From positions 192,001 through 256,000 of the forward strand of contig CAXXXD010000003.1 of NCBI GenBank assembly GCA_963663385.2: 64,000 nt of DNA. Reading direction: 5' to 3'. Source of the DNA: Oceanispirochaeta sp. (GTDB taxonomy: Bacteria; Spirochaetota; Spirochaetia; DSM-2461). Positions 8,643 to 19,445 of this stretch are shown piece after piece. Positions within the stretch are counted from its first letter, which is position 1, and every line of letters begins with the position of its first letter. Below the pieces are notes generated by a model. It ran no database searches. It saw only the letters and a list, made by a program, of their open reading frames with translations, and had not been told where the DNA came from. The position numbers and the translations under genes were made by a program.

Positions 8643-10619
8643 ATGGTTAAACAGGTAAAGATAAGGACCAAGATGCTGGGGAGTTTTTCCCTTTTGGTTA
8701 TTTGTACGATTATCGTCGGACTGATGGGGATACGAGGGATTAATCAGATCAATTATCAGAATGAGATAAATGCCCTGGCCAACCGCTGTCTGGTGGATGC
8801 CCAGGATGTTCAGGCCGGATCGCTGCGCTATATTATCTATAAGGACGACAGCTATATAGATGTGGCTTCCGAAGAAGCGGAAAATGTCATAACCCAGGCC
8901 GGAGCCGCGGAAGAACTGATGCTGAGCGAAGAGAATAAACAATACACTCAGGCTCTTATTGCGGCAATGAAAAGCTATCACTCCCATAATCTATCCTACC
9001 GGGATATTCAGGAGGAAATCTATACTTCCTCTGCGGAAAGATCTGCCGCAGCGGATGATGTCCTTGAAAAGATAAAAAATCTGATTGCCAATGTATCTTC
9101 CGAAATGAATAAAAAATCTGTCAACGGCCTGGTTTCCCAAAGGAATGTGAACAGTCTGATGCATCTGCAGGAGATCCGGAACGCTACAAACCGGTTCAGA
9201 ATCAGTTCTCAAAAATTCCAGCTTGCTAAAACGGCAGACGAGAAGGCGTCTTATGGTGAAGCCTGGAATCTGGGGATAGATACGGTGCGGAACCTTCTGG
9301 TTGAAGGGAAAGCTCTGTTTACCGATGCGGCCATTCTGGGGTACTTCGATCAGAGTCTGAGGGATATCGATATCTATAAAGAACATGTGGAGGCATACAA
9401 AAAGCTGGAGAACGCCCAGAACGAACTGCTGGACCTGCAGCGGGAAGAAGCTGCTCTGGTAATGGCCAGCGCCCGCTCCGTACGGGACGGTGTTAACCGT
9501 GTTATTGAGCAGGTAACCAGAACCAATACAATGATTGCTGTTATTCTGGCTGTTCTGTCGGCGGTTATAGGTCTGACGGTTGCCGTATTTTTGACAAAAT
9601 CCATTACTTCCCAGCTTGGGGGTGAACCCTATGAAATCGTGGATATCACATCACGCATTGCCAGAGGAGATCTGAATATTCAGTTTCCCGATAGAAAACT
9701 GACCGGCGTATACTCATCCATGAAGGATATGACAGGCCAGCTTATAAATATCGTAAATGATATAATCAGTGCGGCCGATCAGGTTACCAGCGGAAGCGAA
9801 CAGATATCCTCTTCGGCTCAGCAGATATCCTCCGGAACCAGCGAGCAGGCTTCCAATATGGAAGAGGTGTCCGCTTCAATCGAAGAGCTGAATGCCAATA
9901 TTCAGCAGAATACGGACAATGCCCAGCAATCAAATGTCATGGCTCAGAAAGTTACCGAGGATTCCCAGGAGGGCAGCATTGCCGTTGCCGAAACTGTCAG
10001 CGCCATGAAAGAGATTGCAGAAAAAATCTCTGTTATTCAGGAGATTGCCAGGAGTACCAATATGCTGGCGCTGAATGCTGCTATTGAAGCCGCCCGGGCG
10101 GGTGATGCGGGAAAAGGATTTGCCGTTGTGGCCTCTGAGGTCAGAAAACTGGCCGAGTCCAGCGGGTCCGCCGCCAAGGATATTACGGAAATCACTCAAA
10201 ACAGTGTTCACCGGGCTATAACGGCTCAGGAAAAAATAGAACAGGTCGTGCCTTCCATGAAAAAAACCGCAGACCTTGTGGAAGAGATCACCATGGCCAG
10301 TCAGGAGCAGAACAAAGGATCCGAGCAGATAAACTCCGCAGTTGTCCAGCTTGATTCGGTTATCCAGCAGAATGCTTCCGCTTCGGAAGAACTGGCATCC
10401 ATGTCAGAAGAGCTGCTCTCCCAGGCTACCTCCATGAAAGAGACGATCAGTTTCTTTAAACTGTCAGGGAGAGATAAAACGGAAAAGATAAAACCCGTCA
10501 GCTATGAAACAAAAGAGGAGACTCCCCGTTTTGCCCTTCATAAAGCCGATATCCCGGCACCGCAGGATATCCATACCGGTGAGTCCTATGCAGACGACCA
10601 GGAGTTTATTGATTTCTGA
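8643..10619 (+). CDS. Methyl-accepting chemotaxis protein
   Basis: TM1, large helical periplasmic domain, TM2, HAMP, then the signalling hairpin [42 protein letters not shown] precedes ATG 8643. Confidence 0.96.
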   Translation: MVKQVKIRTKMLGSFSLLVICTIIVGLMGIRGINQINYQNEINALANRCLVDAQDVQAGSLRYIIYKDDSYIDVASEEAENVITQAGAAEELMLSEENKQYTQALIAAMKSYHSHNLSYRDIQEEIYTSSAERSAAADDVLEKIKNLIANVSSEMNKKSVNGLVSQRNVNSLMHLQEIRNATNRFRISSQKFQLAKTADEKASYGEAWNLGIDTVRNLLVEGKALFTDAAILGYFDQSLRDIDIYKEHVEAYKKLENAQNELLDLQREEAALVMASARSVRDGVNRVIEQVTRTNTMIAVILAVLSAVIGLTVAVFLTKSITSQLGGEPYEIVDITSRIARGDLNIQFPDRKLTGVYSSMKDMTGQLINIVNDIISAADQVTSGSEQISSSAQQISSGTSEQASNMEEVSASIEELNANIQQNTDNAQQSNVMAQKVTEDSQEGSIAVAETVSAMKEIAEKISVIQEIARSTNMLALNAAIEAARAGDAGKGFAVVASEVRKLAESSGSAAKDITEITQNSVHRAITAQEKIEQVVPSMKKTADLVEEITMASQEQNKGSEQINSAVVQLDSVIQQNASASEELASMSEELLSQATSMKETISFFKLSGRDKTEKIKPVSYETKEETPRFALHKADIPAPQDIHTGESYADDQEFIDF

Positions 10620-10649
10620 CAGTGCCTTACGCCTTTATCCCCTTAAAAA

Positions 10650-10695
10650 GGTATGAGGCTGTCCCCCTTCGAAGGGGGCAGTCTCATACCGTTTT
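10650..10695 (+). terminator. Intrinsic terminator
   Basis: Long stem GGTATGAGGCTGTCCCCCT/AGGGGGCAGTCTCATACC followed by TTTT. Confidence 0.8.
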
Positions 10696-10828
10696 ACAGC
10701 CTGTCGCAGGGCTGTCCGGATTCTCTCCCCAGACTGGAATATAAATATATTAAATAAAACATATATAGTTCATATTTTATTTATATGTATACTCTAATTT
10801 TAAAACATCTGATAGATGGAGGTTCATT

Positions 10829-11341
10829 ATGAACAGTAAATACTTTTTGATAGTTATGATTGCCCTTTTAAGCGCTGGAATATTTGCGGATGATTTCGGA
10901 TCGGCAGGAGCTCTGGATAAGAGAAACTTTGATCTTGAGGAGATGATGCGTTACGCCTGGGAAGATGAGCATATGGCTCTGGCGGAATATGAGGCTATTA
11001 TGGATAAATTCAAGGTTGACCGTCCTTACGCCAATATCGCCCGGTCTGAGGAGACTCATATCGCTCTGCTGACCGAACTGTATGAAGCCCATGGTCTGCC
11101 CCTTCCTTCAGTTAATGTAAAAGGTCATATGGTTCTGCCTTCCAGTCTGGAGGAAGCTGCTGAAATCGGCGTTAAGGCCGAGATTAACAATATTGATATG
11201 TATGAGCTTTTTCTGAAGAACGATCTGCCTGCCGATGTAGCCGAAGTATTTGAACTGTTAAAGGCAGGATCGGAGAAGCATCTGGACGCCTTTGAAAGAC
11301 AGCTGGAAAACCCCGCCGGCAGCGGACGCCGGCGCAGTTGA
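10829..11341 (+). CDS. Exported ferritin-like (DUF2202-type) protein
   Basis: Signal peptide and paired ExxH motifs (EDEHMA..EY, SEETH, EINNIDMY, SEKH). GGAGG RBS. Confidence 0.75.
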   Translation: MNSKYFLIVMIALLSAGIFADDFGSAGALDKRNFDLEEMMRYAWEDEHMALAEYEAIMDKFKVDRPYANIARSEETHIALLTELYEAHGLPLPSVNVKGHMVLPSSLEEAAEIGVKAEINNIDMYELFLKNDLPADVAEVFELLKAGSEKHLDAFERQLENPAGSGRRRS

Positions 11342-11366
11342 ATAGAAATATTTTTTCTGACCACGG

Positions 11367-11416
11367 GGGAGCTGATGCAGAAATACGGGATTCTGTATCA
11401 GCTCCCTTGTTTTTTT
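11367..11416 (+). terminator. Intrinsic terminator
   Basis: Stem GGGAGCTGATGCAGAA/TTCTGTATCAGCTCCC followed by a T run. Confidence 0.8.
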
Positions 11417-11555
11417 ACTGGAGAACTTCCGGAAAAACTGGCTAATCTGTTTTCCATAAAGAAGGGAAAGCGGTAGAGCCTGTTCATAATTGACTGAAAA
11501 ACCAATTTAATCATAGGATAATGTTGTCCATGACAAGGATTAAAGGAGTTGTCTC

Positions 11556-11954
11556 ATGATTCAGTATAAGAAGAGAAGAAAGTACAAGTATAATCTCCAT
11601 TCGGTCTGTACCTATCATACAGGCATTAAGGTCGAGAAAGAGCATAAATCCGCGTTCATCGAAATAGGAACTGACGGGCTTTTAACGATACGCAAAGGAT
11701 ATGCCTGGGACGGACCCAGCGGTCCGACCATTGACACTAAGGACTTCATGCGGGGGTCCCTTGTCCATGACGCCCTTTACCAGCTGCTGAGAGAGGGTGT
11801 TCTGGATCAGAAATACAGAAAACGGGCCGACGAGATTATCCGTGAAATCTGTGTGGAAGACGGGATGTGGAAGCCCGTTGCCTGGCTGGTGTACCAGGGG
11901 GTTCACCTTTTCGGCGGGAAACACGCCAAACCGGATATGATTAAAGCTCCCTGA
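11556..11954 (+). CDS. DUF1353-family protein
   Basis: GYAWDGPS...SLVHDALY...RKRAD motifs. AAGGAG RBS. Confidence 0.75.
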   Translation: MIQYKKRRKYKYNLHSVCTYHTGIKVEKEHKSAFIEIGTDGLLTIRKGYAWDGPSGPTIDTKDFMRGSLVHDALYQLLREGVLDQKYRKRADEIIREICVEDGMWKPVAWLVYQGVHLFGGKHAKPDMIKAP

Positions 11955-11985
11955 AAAGGGAACTGCAAACGGGACTTAATACCGG

Positions 11986-12018
11986 CCCTCATACCAGCCT
12001 TCTCCCGGAGGGAGAAGG
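11986..12018. repeat. REP-like palindromic element between convergent genes
   Basis: CCCTCATACCAG followed by CCTTCTCCC-GGA-GGGAGAAGG. A related hairpin lies at 28319-28341. Confidence 0.5.
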
Positions 12019-12048
12019 AGTAAGATTCGGTTATCTGCTTTGCCTGTA

Positions 12049-13446
12049 TCAGCCTATTTCCGTGGCCGGTTTAAGCTTCTCTTCCGCCGCTATCCGGCCT
12101 TTTGCTGCTGTCTGAAAAATAATGGCGCTCAGCGAAATAAGGGCAATCAGGTTGGGGATGGCCATCAAGCCGTTGAAGGTATCCGAAAGATCCCATACTA
12201 TTCCGATTTTCATTATAGAGCCAAGGAGTGTAACCCCAAGGAATACCCATTTATACAGGGCAATGGATTTTGTTCCGGCAATATATTCCAGGCATTTGGA
12301 ACCGTAATAGAACCATCCCAGGATGGTAGAGAAGGCAAAGAATATCAGGCCGATTGATACCAGGTACTTCCCGAATCCTGGCAGAGCCATATCAAAAGCG
12401 CTGGTTGTCAGAGACGCCCCGTTAAGACCTCCGGTAACAACCATGAGACCATCGCTCCCGAAACTGATCAGACCCGAAACCATAATCACCAGAGCTGTCA
12501 TGGTACAGATAACCAGGGTATCGATAAAAGATCCGAGGGAAGCAATCAGCCCCTGTGTATAGGGGTTGTCGTTAGTGGAGGCCGCATGGGCGATCGGGGC
12601 GCTTCCCAGACCTGCTTCATTTGAAAAAACACCTCTGGCTACACCAAGGCGGATGACAGTTCCGATCAGACCGCCCTTGACCGCTGTGCTTGAAAACGCA
12701 TGGGAAAATATAAGCTGGAATGCTGCAGGAACAGTGGATAACCTGCTGATCAGGATGATCAGAGAACCGCCAACGAAAAAAAGGGCCATAAAAGGGACAA
12801 TTTTCGATGTTACCCCGGCTATGGATTTGATACCGCCGATAATTACCAGCCCCGTAAGCACTGTTATGATTATTCCCGAAACATATAAGGGGATCCCGAA
12901 GCTGAGCTGAAGGGCATCGGCAACAGAATTGGACTGAACCATACTCCCTATCCCGAAGGAGGCAAAGACCCCGAAGAAGGCGAACAGCCATCCCAGCCAG
13001 GACCAGTTCCCGCCGAAACGTTCCTTCATTCCGTTTTTAATGTAGTACATGGGGCCGCCGGATTGTTCTCCTTTTTCATTTACTTCCCGGTAGCGGATAG
13101 CCAGAACAGCTTCTCCGAATTTGGTCGCTCCTCCGAAGGCTGCAGTAACCCACATCCAGAAAACGGCTCCCGGTCCGCCCAGGGCTACAGCTGTAGCGAC
13201 TCCGGCGATATTGCCCGTTCCGATTGTGGCGGACAGGGAGGTCATCAATGCCTGAAAAGGTGTAATATCCCCGCTGCCGCTATGGTCTTTGGAAAAAAGC
13301 AGTTTAAAAGCAAGTCCCAGTTTTCTGAACTGGATAAACCTTGTTCCAAGCGACAGGAGTATCCCGGTCCCCACCAGGAAGATAATCATCACAGGTCCCC
13401 AGGCAAAACTATTGATCTTTGAAACCATTGAGGTGAATAATTCCAT
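12049..13446 (-). CDS. Sodium:alanine/glycine symporter (AGCS/AlsT family)
   Basis: ATIGTGNIAGVA..GGPGAVFWMW, GGPMYY, RGVFSNEAGLGS and GLMAIPNLIAL. AAGGAG RBS precedes ATG 13446. Confidence 0.96.
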   Translation of the reverse strand: MELFTSMVSKINSFAWGPVMIIFLVGTGILLSLGTRFIQFRKLGLAFKLLFSKDHSGSGDITPFQALMTSLSATIGTGNIAGVATAVALGGPGAVFWMWVTAAFGGATKFGEAVLAIRYREVNEKGEQSGGPMYYIKNGMKERFGGNWSWLGWLFAFFGVFASFGIGSMVQSNSVADALQLSFGIPLYVSGIIITVLTGLVIIGGIKSIAGVTSKIVPFMALFFVGGSLIILISRLSTVPAAFQLIFSHAFSSTAVKGGLIGTVIRLGVARGVFSNEAGLGSAPIAHAASTNDNPYTQGLIASLGSFIDTLVICTMTALVIMVSGLISFGSDGLMVVTGGLNGASLTTSAFDMALPGFGKYLVSIGLIFFAFSTILGWFYYGSKCLEYIAGTKSIALYKWVFLGVTLLGSIMKIGIVWDLSDTFNGLMAIPNLIALISLSAIIFQTAAKGRIAAEEKLKPATEIG

Positions 13447-13720
13447 TTTATGCTCCTTTTTTTTATGTATAAGAACTGAATCAGTCACCATTGATAATGG
13501 AAAGAAGAACCTTTTTCAAGGAGGTCCTTTCAGGGTAAGACTTTATGGGAGACCGGAAATCTTAGGGATAGGGGAAACTTTTTATCCATACTTTCGCAGA
13601 TGGATAATTTCCCGATCCATTTTTCATGAATAGAGTATTTTCTATAAAAATGATATTTTCTTCGAATATTTCACAATCGCTTCCCGGTCGTCCGCATCAA
13701 GCCGGTCCTGACCCGGCTTA

Positions 13721-15682
13721 TTACTGATCCGAACTGGAATTGTCCGTGATCTGACGGGAACAGGCTGACAGCATCTGAAACTCTTTCTGATAATCTCCCG
13801 GGGTACGGCCATACTCCTTTTTAAAAAGACGGAAAAACGTTCCCATACTGGCAAAGCCCGATTCCTCGGCAATTTCCTTTACAGAATCATCGGATGTATG
13901 AAGTCTAAGTTCTGCCTTTTTCAGACGGCAGTGATTTATATATCCTGCGATACTGTATGAACTATGCTGCTTGAAGAGCCTGTTCAGATAACCGGAAGTC
14001 AATTGAAATCGGTCTGCAATTGTATCTGCCGATAGATTAAAATCATTGAGTTCCGTCTCTATAATCTCCTTTACCTGTAAAACCGTCGTATCATGTTTTG
14101 CTTCCTTTTTTCTGCTGCATTCAAGCAGCACTTTCCGGATGATTTCAGCAAGCAGTTCTTTTACTCCTTCTATTGTTTCCGGATTCTGTATTCTCAGGAT
14201 CATGGGGGTTACATTTTCAATGGAAGGAATATGCCAGGTCCTTTCAAGGGCTTCTACAGTTGTCATCAGGGTTGCTGTAAATCTGATTATAAGTCTCCGC
14301 ATATTACGGGGACCGTAAACAAAGCCGGACGAGATAAGATCGTTGAGTATTTTCCATGATTCTGATTCATTGAGCGTATGCATCGCCTCTACAAAACGCT
14401 TCTCCTTTTCCAGAGGATAATGAAATTTCTCCTGACTGTTCAGATAGGATGATCCTGAACTGATAAAGGAACCTTTTCCTGACAGAAAGCGGTACTCTGC
14501 AATCTGAAGCAAACGGGAGAAGTCCTGATCCAGATCAATGGCTTCGGTATTAAGCAAACCGAAGGTCATGGTGACGGAAACATCATTTTTTTCCAGCAGT
14601 ATTCCATGATTCAATTCAAACCACTCTTTCAACTCCTCCTGTTCATCAACATGGGAAAGATTTACAAGAAATACAATCATATCGTCACTGTAGCGGAATG
14701 ATTCAAAAACCATCCCTCTGTTTCTGATGATTCCTTCCATGTATTCCGTAAGGTTTTCCATAATGCCTGTCTGTTCCCCGATGTTGTACTGATGGGAAAA
14801 TGAGGAGTAGTCATCAAGCTGCAGAGCAACGGGCTGTATGGGGGCGGATAAACTCAGATCTATCCCCAGTTCTCCTTTTCTGCTGTTAAAACGTTCAAGG
14901 TTTTCATCGCAGCTGTTATAGACAAGTTTCTTGAAAAGCCGATTCTTCTGGTCTTTCAGATAAAGGATGCGGTTGATTTGAGATGTTTTCAGCTGTTTCT
15001 GAATCAGAAACAGAAGGCCGAGGGTTATCAGAACAGTGAATGACAATATGACGGAGATGATTCGAACCTTTTTCAGATACAGTGTTCCGGCCTGCTCAAG
15101 ATCCGTCATAACTGAAGTAAAGAGGGTGTCAAACTCCTTCGTGGCATTGTCCAGGGATTCCAGGGCATAAACCGTATCATCCAGCAGGAATATTTCACTG
15201 ACCGTCAGCTGATCGGTCATTCTGAGTTTATACATGGTGTGAAGAAAACCATTTACCATAACTTTTTCTCCCAGTCCTGTCTGCAGGATCTGCAGAAAGA
15301 AATGGTCAGCGTTATTAAGCTGAACTTCTGTGAAACGCCAGACCCGGATAATCCCTTCCAGTTTTTCCGGTATGCTGTCCAGTTTCTGAATCTGCCGGTT
15401 CTCTGCAAAGCTGTCCAGTGCTTTTGAAAAACTCCTGTAATGGTCCGACCATTCCACTATCCCGGAGGGGGGGCCGTCGCCCCTGAGTGTATAGCGGTCC
15501 AGAAGTATCTGGTTTGTCTCATTCTGAAGTTTATTCCAGTCTGCCAGGAGTTTTACAGATTCCAGAGCCAGTGACTGTACCCGGTTGGAATGTGTATTAT
15601 AAAAAACAATCCCCGCTGTCAGCAGGGCAAGTGTCAAAAATACTGCCGTAAACAGAACGAAAAAACGATGGATTTTTAGCAT
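13721..15682 (-). CDS. Membrane-anchored AraC-family regulator (YesS-like)
   Basis: Two TM segments flank an extracytoplasmic domain. C-terminal double HTH (GYLNRLFKQ ... IAEESGFASMGTFFRLFKKEYGRTPGDY). Confidence 0.88.
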   Translation of the reverse strand: MLKIHRFFVLFTAVFLTLALLTAGIVFYNTHSNRVQSLALESVKLLADWNKLQNETNQILLDRYTLRGDGPPSGIVEWSDHYRSFSKALDSFAENRQIQKLDSIPEKLEGIIRVWRFTEVQLNNADHFFLQILQTGLGEKVMVNGFLHTMYKLRMTDQLTVSEIFLLDDTVYALESLDNATKEFDTLFTSVMTDLEQAGTLYLKKVRIISVILSFTVLITLGLLFLIQKQLKTSQINRILYLKDQKNRLFKKLVYNSCDENLERFNSRKGELGIDLSLSAPIQPVALQLDDYSSFSHQYNIGEQTGIMENLTEYMEGIIRNRGMVFESFRYSDDMIVFLVNLSHVDEQEELKEWFELNHGILLEKNDVSVTMTFGLLNTEAIDLDQDFSRLLQIAEYRFLSGKGSFISSGSSYLNSQEKFHYPLEKEKRFVEAMHTLNESESWKILNDLISSGFVYGPRNMRRLIIRFTATLMTTVEALERTWHIPSIENVTPMILRIQNPETIEGVKELLAEIIRKVLLECSRKKEAKHDTTVLQVKEIIETELNDFNLSADTIADRFQLTSGYLNRLFKQHSSYSIAGYINHCRLKKAELRLHTSDDSVKEIAEESGFASMGTFFRLFKKEYGRTPGDYQKEFQMLSACSRQITDNSSSDQ

Positions 15683-15737
15683 CCTGTCAGTCTATCATGT
15701 ACTTATCGTTTTCGCTATCAAGGATTGGAGCCCAATT

Positions 15738-17009
15738 ATGTCCGGACGTTTTCTTTTATACCTGTTTCTGGTTCTCAGCTCCTTAACTCTTTCTGCAGAA
15801 TCCGTTTCTACCGAATCAAAAGAGACTTTGACTGTCTGGGATTTTAAATTTACGGATCTGCGGACCAACAGGGCTATGAACCGTGTAGATAATCTCTTCC
15901 GGGAAGAGAATCCCGGGATTATCCTGGAACATAAGGGATTCTATGATCAGCAGTATATACCATCTCTCCGGACCTCTCTGTTAGCGGGCACAGGTCCGGA
16001 TATACTCTGGCTGCATAACGGTATTGAATTTACCGAGTTTCAATCCTACCTTGAAGTTCTGGATCCCTATCTGGCAGCTTCGGAAATAAAATTCCGTAAT
16101 GAGTCCATTGAGGCCTGCAGAGCCGGGAATGGCAGGCTGATGGGATTCCCCCTGACTTTTCAGGGGATGGGATGGTATTACAATAAGGATCTGTTCAGGC
16201 AGGCCGGGCTTGACCCGGAAAAAGCTCCAGTCGACTGGAATGATTTCCTTGAAAGTTGTGAAGTTTTAAAAAACAACGGCATTATTCCCATCGCAGCAGG
16301 CAACAACCGGCCCCTGACGACGGAGTTTATACGCAGGAGCCTGATCTCGGCTTTCTTTACGGATGATGAAATCAGAACATTCTATAAACAGGCCAGAGGC
16401 GTCAGATCACCCCGCTACAGGCTTATAATAGAATTCTGCAGGACATTGAGAGAAAGGGGATATTTTCATGAGGAAGGCCTTTTCCGGCCCTATTTCAGTT
16501 TTGCTCCGGATACTTTCAGTGAAGGTCGTGCAGCCTTTATCCCCGGACTGTTATCCGATATTGCTCACTGGAAAAACTTCTCTGATGCTCTGGGAGGAAA
16601 TTCCGTGGGGTATTTCCCGAATCTTCATTATCCGGATATGGCAAGGCCGGGAGTACAGCTGCTGCAGGATGCGGGTATCCTGATCTGTATGAACAGGAAA
16701 TCGGACAGTAAAGAGGCGGCATTCAGATATATGGAGCACCTTTATTCCGACAGTTCTCAAAGAATACTTATGGAGGATCTCGGAATGCTCCTGCCTGTTG
16801 AGAACCATAGTTTTAATACGGATAAATATCCCGTATTGAATTCAATCAGGAAGGCCCTGGACTGCACGGGAGAAGATCCCGAGCGTTACATCCCCTCTAC
16901 TTATGTTTCAGATATACAATACAGGCTGGATGATCTGCTGATAAATACGCAGGAAATAACAACAGATGAATATCTCCTTAAGATTATCGATGAGCTGAGG
17001 CTGTATTAA
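15738..17009 (+). CDS. Sugar ABC-type extracellular solute-binding protein (paralog 1)
   Basis: Signal peptide, GPDIL and YYNKDLF. Clearly similar to the next gene. Confidence 0.88.
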   Translation: MSGRFLLYLFLVLSSLTLSAESVSTESKETLTVWDFKFTDLRTNRAMNRVDNLFREENPGIILEHKGFYDQQYIPSLRTSLLAGTGPDILWLHNGIEFTEFQSYLEVLDPYLAASEIKFRNESIEACRAGNGRLMGFPLTFQGMGWYYNKDLFRQAGLDPEKAPVDWNDFLESCEVLKNNGIIPIAAGNNRPLTTEFIRRSLISAFFTDDEIRTFYKQARGVRSPRYRLIIEFCRTLRERGYFHEEGLFRPYFSFAPDTFSEGRAAFIPGLLSDIAHWKNFSDALGGNSVGYFPNLHYPDMARPGVQLLQDAGILICMNRKSDSKEAAFRYMEHLYSDSSQRILMEDLGMLLPVENHSFNTDKYPVLNSIRKALDCTGEDPERYIPSTYVSDIQYRLDDLLINTQEITTDEYLLKIIDELRLY

Positions 17010-17178
17010 ATACTTGCTTTTTTGTGTAAAAAATTATGTTTATTTTACAGTTTTCAGTACTTTTTACATAATTTAAGATTCCTGTTTCACTGCTTTTAAG
17101 AGTACTTAGGCGTATTGGAACTTTTCAGATTTCAACTTTCTCCCTCACACTGAATTCATTCCAAGAGGAGGGACCTGA

Positions 17179-18474
17179 ATGAAAAAAAAAGGTTTCATGT
17201 TATGTATTGCATTAGTATCAAGTTCACTATTTCTAATGGCCGGAGGACAGAAAGACTCCGATTCCGGTAGTTCTGAAGAACCAGTTAAACTGACTGTATG
17301 GGACTTTAAATACAGTGAAGAAGTTGTAGGATCCGCTTTAAAGGATATGGATTCCCTGTATCTGGCTGCAAATCCCGGTGTGGAAATTGAGCACATTGCC
17401 CAGCCTCATGACAACTATTATGAAATCCTGGCTGCGGCAGTCGGTTCCGGTCAGGTTCCGGATGTCATCATGGCTCACACGGATCAGAGAATCTGGAATA
17501 TGGAAGAGTTTCTTCTGAACCTTGATCCGTATATAGCAGACTGGAAGGATGATATTGCCGATTCAGCCTGGGCTGCCTGTTCCTCGACAAAGGAGAGCAG
17601 TAAAAATATCAAAATCGTTCCTTTAACCGCTCAGGGGCTGGGAATCTATTACAACAAGGCAAACATGGCGAAAGCCGGTGCTGATATGACCCGGGACCTC
17701 AGTGAATGGGATAATTTCCTCGGAGCATGTGAAAAACTGAAATCCGCAGGGATTCCCCCGGTCGTTATGGGCAACGGCGGTCAGCCCTATGGAATCGATT
17801 TTGCCTACAGAACCCTGCTCGCCAACTTTTACGGTCCTGATCTGACAGGATTCCGTGATGGTTCCGCCGGTTTTACCGATGATGCCTTTGTCGAAGCATC
17901 CCGTATGCTGAAAACTCTCTTCACAAAGGGATATGTCATTACAGAAAACAGTACCATGCCCTATTTCATGGATGCCATCGAAGTATTCAAATCCGGAGAA
18001 GGCGGCTTTTTCTTTGGCCTGACATCGGATATTGCCCACTGGAAGGATTTTGGAGATGCCTTCGGTTATGAAAACCTGGGATACATGCCCAGCATTAATG
18101 CCTCAGGTGCTGCCTACAGGAACAGACAAAGTTCCCAGGGGGCAGGTATCGGTTTTGCCGTTATGAAAGATTCCGGGAATATCGATACGGCGGTGGATTA
18201 TCTATATGAGTATGTTCATGGTGAATCAGCCAACCTTTTTCTCGCCAGAACAGGCGCTATTGTTCCCAATAAAAATCTGCCGATCGAAAACGAGACGCTT
18301 GCCGAGGTCGTCGGTTTTATGAGTAAAAATGCCGTTCCCGACTTCTATGTACAGCTTGATGCCGGTTTCGGTGCGGAAATGTATAACTATTTTCAGCTTT
18401 TCTTTCTGGCAGATGAAATCAGTCTGAACGAATACATTGACAGCCTCCAGAAGGCATATGAAATGAATCTCTAA
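17179..18474 (+). CDS. Sugar ABC solute-binding protein (paralog 2)
   Basis: Signal peptide ...MAGGQKD, VPDVI and IYYNK. Strong GGAGG RBS. Confidence 0.92.
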   Translation: MKKKGFMLCIALVSSSLFLMAGGQKDSDSGSSEEPVKLTVWDFKYSEEVVGSALKDMDSLYLAANPGVEIEHIAQPHDNYYEILAAAVGSGQVPDVIMAHTDQRIWNMEEFLLNLDPYIADWKDDIADSAWAACSSTKESSKNIKIVPLTAQGLGIYYNKANMAKAGADMTRDLSEWDNFLGACEKLKSAGIPPVVMGNGGQPYGIDFAYRTLLANFYGPDLTGFRDGSAGFTDDAFVEASRMLKTLFTKGYVITENSTMPYFMDAIEVFKSGEGGFFFGLTSDIAHWKDFGDAFGYENLGYMPSINASGAAYRNRQSSQGAGIGFAVMKDSGNIDTAVDYLYEYVHGESANLFLARTGAIVPNKNLPIENETLAEVVGFMSKNAVPDFYVQLDAGFGAEMYNYFQLFFLADEISLNEYIDSLQKAYEMNL

Positions 18475-18548
18475 TCCCGATATTTCAAAAAAAATCCATA
18501 TTCGGCAGGCATAAATCCTGCCGATTTCAACTAATCCGAGAGGAAAAA

Positions 18549-19445
18549 ATGTTCAAGAAAAGATTAATGAAGCAGCAGGAAGAACGGGATGCCTTTATTC
18601 TGCTGGCACCTCTACTGACTCTGATGCTTGTTTTTACAGTTTATCCGGTTCTCGCCAACTTCTATTACAGTATGACAGAATGGAAAGGATTCGGCACTGC
18701 CCGTTGGGTTGGATTCCAGAACTATATCCGTATGTTCCAGGATGTGAAATTCTGGCACTCCCTGAAAAACCTGGGAGTACTTGTTCTCTATATCCCGGCT
18801 GGTGTTTTTATACCTCTCCTTATTGCCGCCATCTTGAGGGACGGCCTGAAAGGATGGACTTTCTTCCGGTCGGTGATCTACCTGCCTACAATTCTGGGGT
18901 ATGTCATTCTGGGAACCCTGTTCAGTATTATTCTCAGTCAGACCGGCTCCATGGTTGAAGTTCTGACAGCTCTGGGAGTTCAAAGCGCCAACACAATCAA
19001 CCTGCTGGGTAAATCCGGATCGGCTATACACACGGTAGCCATGATCTTTGTTATTTTTACAAAAATGGGATTCGGCTGCATCTATTTTCTATCCGCCATG
19101 AGCGGTATTGATGCGGGTATGTACGACGCAGCCGGAATTGACGGCGCCAGCTGGTGGCAGAAGTTTCTTCATATAACAGTTCCCAGTATCAGTTTTTCCA
19201 TTCAGTTTTTTCTGGTTCTCTCTTTTATTGAAGTTTTTGCCAGAATGTACAGCTTCATTTATACCCTGACCTACGGGGGACCGGGATTTGCAACATTCAC
19301 CCTTGAATTCGGTATATACAGGCAGGGGTTTCAGGCTTTCAAGATGGGCTATGCGTCCAGCTGGGCTGTGGTGCTTTTTCTCTTCTGTTCAGTTATCGCA
19401 GCGGCTCAGATTCAGGTGCTCGGAAAGGGAGACCAGCTGTCATGA
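18549..19445 (+). CDS. Carbohydrate ABC transporter permease
   Basis: EAA-loop YDAAGIDGASWWQKFLHITVP. Confidence 0.94.
   Translation: MFKKRLMKQQEERDAFILLAPLLTLMLVFTVYPVLANFYYSMTEWKGFGTARWVGFQNYIRMFQDVKFWHSLKNLGVLVLYIPAGVFIPLLIAAILRDGLKGWTFFRSVIYLPTILGYVILGTLFSIILSQTGSMVEVLTALGVQSANTINLLGKSGSAIHTVAMIFVIFTKMGFGCIYFLSAMSGIDAGMYDAAGIDGASWWQKFLHITVPSISFSIQFFLVLSFIEVFARMYSFIYTLTYGGPGFATFTLEFGIYRQGFQAFKMGYASSWAVVLFLFCSVIAAAQIQVLGKGDQLS

Noticed and set aside
13447..13640. Glycine riboswitch upstream of the Ala/Gly symporter
   Set aside because: The GGAGA and CTTTCAGG-like words are on the wrong strand and in the wrong order. No aptamer on the sense strand.
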